DNA of 64,000 bases, from NCBI GenBank assembly GCA_030141605.1, contig JAQGDQ010000224.1, positions 124,001 through 188,000 on the forward strand, in the 5' to 3' direction. A program made the position numbers and the translations under genes. The stretch comes from Tubiluchus corallicola (Eukaryota > Animalia > Priapulida). Under the pieces are notes generated by a model. That model was not told the origin of the DNA. It made no database searches and saw nothing but the letters and a program-made list of their open reading frames with translations. Positions 55,001 to 64,000 of this stretch are shown one piece after another; within the stretch, counting starts at the first letter, position 1, and every line of letters starts with the position of its first letter.

Positions 55001-58000
55001 AAAATTTCTGGATTAGTCTGTAATTCCTCCTTTTTCGACATAAACCCCAATTTTTCCGACATCTTCTCCAGCAGTTGCTGTAGAATGAATATATGTTTCA
55101 GCAAAGTCGATGACTATTTCTTTAGATTTGTGACCCTCTCAAGAAATCATACAAAGTCAAAACACCGGAATCATGCAGAAACCCACATTTCTGAAATAAG
55201 CAACACACTCGCATGCAATGAATTACAAAACATTTCACTGCACTCACTCGAACTTTTGTCTCGTTGTACAGCTGCATGAGAACCGTGTCGAGCAGATCTC
55301 GGATAAGCGAAGGTTTATTATGAGCGGCAGAGTTGAAAGCTACCAGCGCCACACGACGGACATTCAAATCTGGATCATGCATGGTCTGCAGAAAATCACC
55401 CATACTACGTCGTAATAGTGCATCAATCGGCTGAGGCTGAAAGAACATATTACTGCATAATTATAGACATAAGCCATGAGGATTAAATTACATTAATACA
55501 TTGATTCCTGTATAGGCACTGTGGAACTGCAGCACCCCTTATTTTCGCTCGATAGTATTGATAACATTCAATGAGTCTTATTATTTACGGAATCAGAGCA
55601 CGTGACGGAACTGTGCGCTTTACAGGTTCAGCAACTTGGTGTTTGGCTATTGTGTGTATGCAGCCATGGGCACATATCTGAGATAAGACACTGCACTTTA
55701 GGTAGAGAGAGCGAGAGCACTGTTGCTCACACAGTGTGTTATCAGTTGTCACGTGCTTAAAAATCGTGTACCGACATATTCTTGAACTGTGTCAATTTAA
55801 GCTATTCGAAAATAAAAAATATTTAATGTTTAAGATTCTATCAAGTTTGTGTATAAATTTTCGTATGTTTGTTTGTTTGAAATTACAATCACAAATTACA
55901 ACATTAAAATTACATAATATGATGTTTGTTACGTTTTACACAATAGAAAACAATGGCTAAAAATAATTCCGAAGCAGCACCCCCACTAATCTTAGCTACG
56001 AGCAGCCACTGATATTGACCTTTAACGTACTGCCCTTTGATCCTGATGCAAGTTTCTGAATTAGCAGTAAACTTGATAAAGTGAAATTTTTCTATTCTTT
56101 CTCAGTTGTTTGATGTTTTCACCCAAAATACACTTTGAAATTACAAGTGTTTCAGTAAAAATAAATAATTCCTGCAAACACAGAAAGACAAACATAATTT
56201 TTGCTAGAAAACAAATTCAAATGTAAAACATTTAGTGTTTTCATATCCATTAAAACAAAAGTCGTAATTCAGTACGTTAATTTTACATAAAATATCCACA
56301 ATTATAAATGTTAAATTAACAAAGCCGGTACTTTTGTTCTTACCTGATTGGAAATAGTAAACTTGACCGCGGTAACAGCTGTGCTACGAGCAAGAGGAGA
56401 AATCTTACCTGATAGGAAATAGTAAACTTGATAGCGGTAACAGCTGTGCTACGAGCAAGAGGAGAAATCTTACCTGATCGGAAATAGTAAACTTGACAGC
56501 GGTAACAGCTGTGCTACGAGCAAGAGGAGAAATCTTACCTGATCGGAAATAGTAAACTTGACAGCGGTAACAGCTGTGCTACGAGCAAGAGGAGAAATCT
56601 TACCTGATCGGAAATAGTAAACTTGACAGCGGTAACAGCTGTGCTACGAGCAAGAGGAGAAGATGATGTAAGAAATTCTTTTAATTTTGGTAAAAGCATG
56701 GGAGAATCGATTAGAGTGAGTTTTCCTAAACACTCGGCTACAACGTTGCGCGTTCCCTCTTCCGCACACTCACAGTGATCAAACAGCTTGTTCCTAGACA
56801 AAGTGAGATAAAGGAGGTAACAAAGTGAAATAAAACTATTTAAAGCAGATAAACAAGCCAACTAGAAATCAATTATTGATCGATTCTTTAAATTATTAGA
56901 CTGATTATTTAAAAAAAACCAGGAAGTTCTCATTCAATCAACACACTCCCAACAGACTAAGTCATGGGTAATTTAATCCTTATAACTGTCATAGACACTT
57001 GCAGACGGAGTTTTTTTACTGTTAAAGGTGCTACCGTCAGAGCCATCTACAGGCTGGTAAAACAATTGACTTAGAAAACTATACATGAGACACCTGTGAT
57101 GTCGTGAACATTCGACTGATTTCTAGGGAATTCTTCATTAATAAACCCTCGACAATGTAAGCAACAGATTGTCTTTAATTAATGCATGATTGCTAAACTA
57201 AGTGATGATAAACCTTAGTTTGTGACTGTTGACAACAGCATTGCACAGTACCAGCATTTTTGAACTAACCAACACTTAGTCATGCTTTACATAATGCCAA
57301 AGCAAAAGACATATACGCACTTACCATATTGAGTCAAGAAACGGTTTGATCTGGCTAATACCGCTGGTAGAACTAGATTCGCTAGTAATTATTTCTTTCA
57401 ACGAGTGTAACAACAAGTACTGATATTTTTGCTGCTTCTCAATTTCATCGAGCACGAACGGCAAATACTGGGGAAGGTTCCCACAACTGACTAAACCTGT
57501 AAATATACGAAAATGTTTTAGCGAATTTGACTCGAAATATTAATTGAGGGACTCGCTGAACTCCAGGTTGTGGTGAAAAATCTGAGTCTGCTAATAGATG
57601 TATTTTCAGTTTTTTTAAGAAAAAGACGTCAATGCCTGCGATCTTGAATTCATGATGCAAGTCAAACATCCGACAATGTTAATTAAAGTGGAATTCATTC
57701 TAGGACGTTCCTACAAAATTTCACAATAATTAGTTCCGAGTTAGTGGAGCTGAAGGCTTTTTTTAAAATAATGTTATCACTGACATCTTGAATTTAAAAT
57801 GGCAGATTAAAATGTCTGGATTCCGTAGGTTGATGCAATATTCGTTGCAATTTTCAAAAATACGTGATATCACATAGTCAGTAAACAAATAAATGAGTCA
57901 GCAAGTGGCCACTAATTAAAGGAAAGGCCAAGCCTCCTAGGGCTTTTGGCTTATTTCAATGTTTGCAAAAATTTTTAGAAGGATTTAGTAATAAAACTGC

Positions 58001-61000
58001 AATCAATAGGTGCCTCGTGTAATGAGTAAAATCACGCTGCACTTACGAAAAGTCACGAAATCTCCCAGTTACCACATGATTTTCAAGTAAATGGTGTCTG
58101 AAAATTTCTATTCAGAAGTAATATATTTTAGATATATCCATTATAGGCAACTTTTTGCAATTTTTTTTATATTTTTTTAAGTTCAAGTGATAACACTAAA
58201 ATGAACCCAACATACGGCATGGCTTGTTCTTTCCTTTAAGGAAACGGACATAAATACACCATAACTGAACAAACAGATTACATTAGCAGGCACTTATATA
58301 TTAGTAGCTTATCTCTTTCATACTCAGTTTACTAATTATTGAGAAACAATAATTTACCTAGAGCATAAGATGCAGCTGACTTTACTTCTTCACTATGAGA
58401 AGAGAATGCACTAATCAGAACTTGCTTAAGCTCCACCTGTTCGCTCAGATCACGATGTTTTCCCAGCTCTCCCAAAGTCAACATGGCAAATAATCGAATG
58501 GAGTCAGTAGATTTCGGATTTTTGACATCTTTAATGAACTGCGTAACCACAGCAGCGCCATCTTCAGGGCATGCTAGTGTTAGCGCGGCGACACACTTAG
58601 CTATTGAGTGGAAAGCCTGAAAGTTATCAATAATTACAGCTGTTTTTAACTAGTATAACCTCCAATTTGTACAAAAAAAATCTGCTTACTAAAAACCACA
58701 TTTCAGTCGCAATCACATGTAACTGGTGGTGAATTTATAATAAAACATTATTAAAAAATTGCTGAATAAAAATATTCTAGTATATTGGTGATGAAACGTA
58801 TCGTTGTTTAATTCCATTAAAACTTTAAAACAAAATGAAACTTTAGACATTTAAACATTATTAAACTCTTGAGAAGCATCATTAAAAAGGTCAACATTAA
58901 AACAGTCACAGAGCAGACTAAAGCATTTGCAAATGCTATAAGACCTGACAATAACGATACTTACTAGAAAAAAAACCCACCAGTTACTTCACTTGCAAAC
59001 AAAATTATTGATTAAGCAAATAAATCAATTTTACCTGTTTATGGACTGCAAACATCGTATTCGGCGGTTGCGTCTGCGAGTTAGGATTGTATATTGGTGC
59101 TATCATCATCTATAATAAGTGAAAAAAAGGTAATATATTATAAAAATGCTTTTGCATGGGCACTGTTAATGATGATTAGGTACAGTAACAGTATTTTGGT
59201 CGCTCCTTGAATGTTGCTTTGTATGCTAGTCTTTGTCATTACTTGATACGAAATCCAAAGGTTCTTAGTTCAAAACCAAGCTCTGCCATGACTTTCTCAC
59301 ATTTTATTTCTTTTGGTCTAGGTTGGTTACACAAATTTAATTAGTGTTGATATGTTTTCACCATCAACTGATTAATTGAAAAATTAAGATTATAAATATG
59401 GCTTCGCCACCAAAATGTTTTGATTAAATTACTGTCTGAAGACGATAACAATGAACACAAGAATGTCATCAAACTGACCTGTAACAATTCCCGGAAACAC
59501 ACTTGAGGTATTCCAGTAGCAACGAGACTTCTAAATAAGCCAAGAAGAGCCGTCAAAGCACCACCTGATCACATAGAGAAATATTATTATATATCAGTTA
59601 ATAAAACGTTAGGGTGGTTCACAGCTATCTAAGAATCTAATCATTAGTTTGAACTTTATAGAACAATTAAAGTTCCAACACAGAACTTAACAACCTTTAA
59701 AAGATATTGCTGTCCATTTACAAACACAAATTTATGTGAAAGGTACGGCAAGGAGCACAGGTGGTCTAGACCTCTACAAAAGGCTCATATACTTCACACA
59801 CATTCAACAGACTGATTGACCGATCTTTTTAAATGCAGAGTTCTTATAAAACATACTGCAGTAAGGTACATTTTCTGAAAACTACTGCAGCTCTGTTGAC
59901 ACTTAAAAGCTATTTAACATATGCTGTTCTTACTGTTTTGGCTCAAAAGCTAAGCTATCACCTGGTATATGCTGTCATAAGTAAACAAATGCAGAGGTCT
60001 GTACATGCTGCGTATCATTATAGGTGACATGGGCAAATTGTAAAATTGGCAGACCTTGTCTGATCACCAAACACTTTATGGACAAGTAAGGCGAAAAGAT
60101 TTCCAGTATTGTAAGAATAAAACTTAGAGTGTATCACAAATTTTTGCATTATGCCCATTTCTCATTTACTCTAGGTAAAAAAATAGAAACACATAAAACG
60201 TTAGCACTTCTGCATAATTATTAGAAGTTTCTAATTGATAATTTGGTAAATTTTATTATTATAGTATTTTGAAAACGGAGAACTTTATAAAATTACCTTG
60301 TAATAATGGAGATCGTACAAGAAGCATTATCTCTGGCAGAATAGCCTGTGAAATGCTGGTCATTGATGCAGGATGGATGTGACATAATGAAGTCAGCAAG
60401 TTTAGTGTCAGCTAACAAAGAAAAATAATTTAACGTACGTGTATAACAGCAGTAACTAATACAAATCAAACAAACAGGTTTGTAAAATCTTATTGCAAAT
60501 TGGATCAATTTTATTTACGGGTTCTTACTATATATCTGCTAAAGCAATAGCATGAACAGTGAACACAGTGCAAACAAAGTAATTTTCGCTAGAAGATGGG
60601 CAGCAACAACAAAGAAAATTTCACTAGAAGATAAACCTACAGCCAAGACCGGGATCTTTCCAGTTTAGTGTACTATCTCAGAAGGTTATCTCTGGGATAA
60701 GTCAGTGAACTGACAAAGGCATCTAAGCCAAGTTTCAATTGCAAATGCATTCTTTCACAATGAGGAAAACAGCTGGTGACAAAACTGCTCAAAAGCAATT
60801 TTCAATGCAACCAGTCATCCATTTGCTAAAACACGGCTTAATCTTTTTAGCAGCCATTCATCTATTACTCCCATTCATTAAGATCATTTTACATTCATCT
60901 TGGAATAAAAAAAGCTACAAAAATTCGATTACAAAATCTTTTACCAAGAATTGGGTCACCAACATATCCAGAGGAACTGAAACATACAGAGCACAAGCAA

Positions 61001-62862
61001 ATTGGTGAACAAGCACCACGAGTTTACTAATAGTAACAATGTAGAAGTTTATATGGAAAAACACAAAGGTGCTTTGAAGGTTAGTTATGCGGGAATTTCA
61101 AAAACTGTGAAAAGTTGATCTTTCTCATTAATTAAGAAACTTGTTTACCTGTGATACATGTAAGTCGCTCTCGCTAATCAATGGCGGTAGTTCGACCATG
61201 ACTTTCTGAATCATATCTGGCGTGAGTGCAGAACCATAGTTTTGAACAAGGATGTCAAGACAAGTCAACGTGGTGAGCTTCAATGCTCGGTGGTTCTTGC
61301 GCAAGAATGAGGCTAAAACGGGCATGGCTTCCCCCTGTGAAAAATAAATTACGCAAATGGCTGTCAAGCTAAAAAACTTCTCAGGTCCCCATTCACACTT
61401 GAATACTTCGCATGATTTACGTAATGAAGCCATACAAAGCAAGAATTTGCATCACACATGTCGTGAAGCCACGCTAAATGAAAGTTTGCACATGCACATC
61501 TTTCTGTTTTACGCATATATGTACTTAGACTATCTGCCCCTTGATTTGAAGAAACCCTTCTATGTACATTTGTACTTGGATCATCTGCCCCTTGATTTGA
61601 AAAAACCCTTCTATGCACATTTGTACTTGGATTATTTGCGCCTTGATTTGAAGAAACCTTTCTACACACATTTGTACTTGGATTATCTGTTCCTTGATTT
61701 GAAAAAACCCTTCTACGCACATTTGTACTTGGATCATCTGCCCCTTGATTTGAAAAAACCTTTCTACACACATTGGTACTTGGATCATCTGCCCCTTGAT
61801 TTGAAAAAACCCTTCTATGCACATTTGTACTTGGATTATTTGCGCCTTGATTTGAAGAAACCTTTCTACACACATTTGTACTTGGATTATCTGCTCCTTG
61901 ATTTGAAAAAACCCTTCTACGCACATTTGTACTTGGATCATCTGCCCCTTGATTTGAAAATACCCTTCTATGCACATTTGTACTTGGATCATCTGCCTCT
62001 TGATTTGAAAAAACCCTTCCATGCACATTTGTACTTGGATCATCTGCCCCTTGATTTGAAAATACCCTTCTACGCACATTTGTACTTGGATCATCTGCCC
62101 CTTGATTTGAAAAAACCCCTCTATGCACATTTGTACTTGGATCATCTGCCCCTTGATTCGAAAATACCCTTCTATGCACATTTGTACTTGGATCATCTGC
62201 TCCTTGATTTGAAAAAAACCACTCTACGCACATTTGTACTTGGACTATCTGTCCCTTGATTTGAAAAAAAACCTTTCAGATGTACTTTTCCATAATCAAA
62301 TGACCAAAACTAAAAATTCAACTGAATTAATGTTAAAAATGAATTAAAATTTGAATTATTCTACGCCACCCAAAGTTCATAATAACCTTAACATCGGCGC
62401 CATTGTACAGCACAAAAAGCAACACATTAACACATAATTAGACGAGAAAACATATTACCAAAATCGGTCGAAGGTCAATCTTCAGCGGTGATGCAGCAAT
62501 TTTAGTAAGAGCCTTTACAGTAGTTAATCGAGTTATCTCATTCTTTAACCGGTCAAGAAATATGGGAAGACATTTCGACAACTCCCCACTTAAGAAGTCA
62601 CCCAAGTTACAGATAATTTGTCCCCTACAAAATAAGATATTATTAAGTATTAAGATAATGACATGCAATATACAGGCTTTATATAAACAAGAAATCTATA
62701 TTAAGCAAAATGTTCAAACTTCTCTGAATGTAAATATTACTTACATAGAAGATATGGCTCTTTCTTTCACTTCTTGGTCAATATCAGCTGCTTTCAGACG
62801 GGTGAGAGTGGCTGTGTACATATCATTGACATACGGACTGAAGTCAAACCTACTAGGTACTT
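52082..62862 (-). CDS. CAND1: Cullin-associated NEDD8-dissociated protein 1, 3' part (gene continues beyond the window); exons 62862-62745, 62624-62459, 61334-61149, 60411-60297, 59564-59479, 59109-59035, 58616-58358, 57496-57325, 56793-56604, 55436-55248, 54614-54543, 53281-53110, 52589-52443, 52212-52082
   Basis: In-phase GT-AG exons encode [144 protein letters not shown]. Confidence 0.97.
52919..53104. repeat. 27-bp tandem repeat (about 7 units) immediately downstream of a CAND1 splice donor
   Basis: Unit TACTGCTCACTAGAGAAATTTGTCCAG. Confidence 0.92.
54207..54326. repeat. 60-bp tandem duplication in a CAND1 intron
   Basis: AAAAATGGGAATTAAATTT(G/C)TTCTTGTCGCTAGTGTGATA...GTAATACATGGCAAAT occurs twice, 60 bp apart. 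Confidence 0.9.
55499..56011. mobile_element. About 500-bp interspersed repeat (MITE-like), copy 2, in a CAND1 intron
   Basis: Homologous to 30593-31106; the right end is ACGAGCAGCCACTG and the left end is decayed. Confidence 0.75.
56338..56661 (-). repeat. 65-bp tandem repeat, 5 copies, made of a CAND1 exon 3' end plus splice donor
   Basis: TACCTGAT at 56341, 56406, 56471, 56536 and 56601. Confidence 0.97.
61510..62277. repeat. 51-bp minisatellite (about 15 units) in a CAND1 intron
   Basis: Unit CACATTTGTACTTGGATCATCTGCCCCTTGATTTGAAAAAACCCTTCTATG. Confidence 0.97.
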
Positions 62863-63061
62863 CTGCAATGAATCAATAAGAAACTACGCAAGCTGCAGAT
62901 AAAGTTAAGTGTGTTTGGAGTGTGGCACGGGTACGTATGTTTGTCGCACTATCCAGTCACGACTAAACAATCTAAAATGATATTTAACGTAACAGAACGG
63001 AATAATGAATACAGTTTTACTTCCACATGTCGAGATGCGGTTTCCCGTAATTTATAATATA

Positions 63062-63702
63062 CAGTAAATCCTCGCTTAACGACGATAATGGGCTCCAGCA
63101 AAACACGACATTAAGAAACATCATTAAATAAAACGAGGACTTCCATAGAAAGTGATGTAAAAGAACTGAAATACATTCCGGAGGCAAAAAACAATGTTGT
63201 TTAAATCATATAAGTTAGTTGCTTAAAACCATCTATCCTTGTCACCAATATCTAGCAGTTCTCTTTCGTGAACATTTAAGCCTAGGCAGTGATTAAACAA
63301 TAAACACTGCTGAGTCAAAGCCAAGCCCTAGGCAACCTTGGGAATTTTATCTAGAAACTTAATCTGGCTGCTATAGCAACAGGTTGCACACACAAACTTC
63401 GCTTGCAGTTCTCACTTGATCTAAACTGTTAGCATTTAGTAGTCAATTAAAAAGCAAAAACATAATAATTACACAGTTTACATCATTGGTGCATTTTTAG
63501 AACAGAATAATGCAATATGTACTGTTTTAATGCATCAAAATAGGTAAAAATATTGTTGATAAAATAAAAATTTACCTTGAGCAAAGTAAAAAAGTCGTCA
63601 TTAAATCAAACGTGCGTCCTTAAGTGAAAAAAGGTGTCAAATGTTCAGCGTCGTTAAAACGAAACATCGCTAAACTGGGACTCGTTAAGCAAGGACTTAC
63701 CG
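63062..63702. mobile_element. Tc1/mariner (Tigger/pogo-like) MITE
   Basis: TA-CAGTAAATCCTCGCTTAACGA ... TCGTTAAGCAAGGACTTACCG imperfect 21-bp TIRs; a related left end (TACAGTTAAGTCCTCATTTAACGA) lies near 54629. Confidence 0.7.
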
Positions 63703-64000
63703 CACAGAAACTTAAACAGTTGAAACTATTCAAATCATGATTCATAGAAATTCATAATGGCTGCAACACTCAATGCTGAAAACAATGCACATCTTACAGA
63801 TTTGTCCTCACAACAATGCCAACAGCTCAACATGTTACTTAACTTTCAACAAACACAGACCAGAGGGAAGAAAATTACGAGCTCCAATGATGTGCAACAA
63901 ATAGTAGTGGCAGGCATTGAATTCTCTATCACAAAACGAATTCGAACAGAATTTGTGACTTTCAAACTCAAATCAATACGAATTTCAAGATTTCAAATCC

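Noticed and set aside
59225-59290. tRNA-like segment (GTTCAAAACC...GCCA)
   Set aside because: Only a B-box-like motif; no cloverleaf can be built. At most a decayed SINE head.

Overview
AT-rich animal (invertebrate-like) genomic DNA with spliced genes; the species cannot be determined from the sequence. Reading splice sites by hand gives: (1) a complete 12-exon GPAA1 (+, 1460-19110). Its 8.3-kb first intron holds a same-strand, intronless REPS1/2-like EH-domain gene (5645-7267), and its intron 8 is a minor-spliceosome (U12) intron that probably ends AT-AA. (2) An FLVCR-family MFS transporter with 11 coding exons (-, 34470-22534). (3) Two tandem intronless HGSNAT paralogs (+, 44810-46636 and 48205-50181); the second has Ser in place of the conserved Asp that partners the catalytic His, and a remodelled cytosolic loop. 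(4) The 3' part of CAND1 (-, 62862-52082), where one exon end plus its splice donor has been amplified five times. Introns carry several minisatellites, microsatellites, MITE-like elements and LINE remnants. No CRISPR, rRNA or convincing tRNA was seen. All gene identities rest on remembered family motifs, not database searches.
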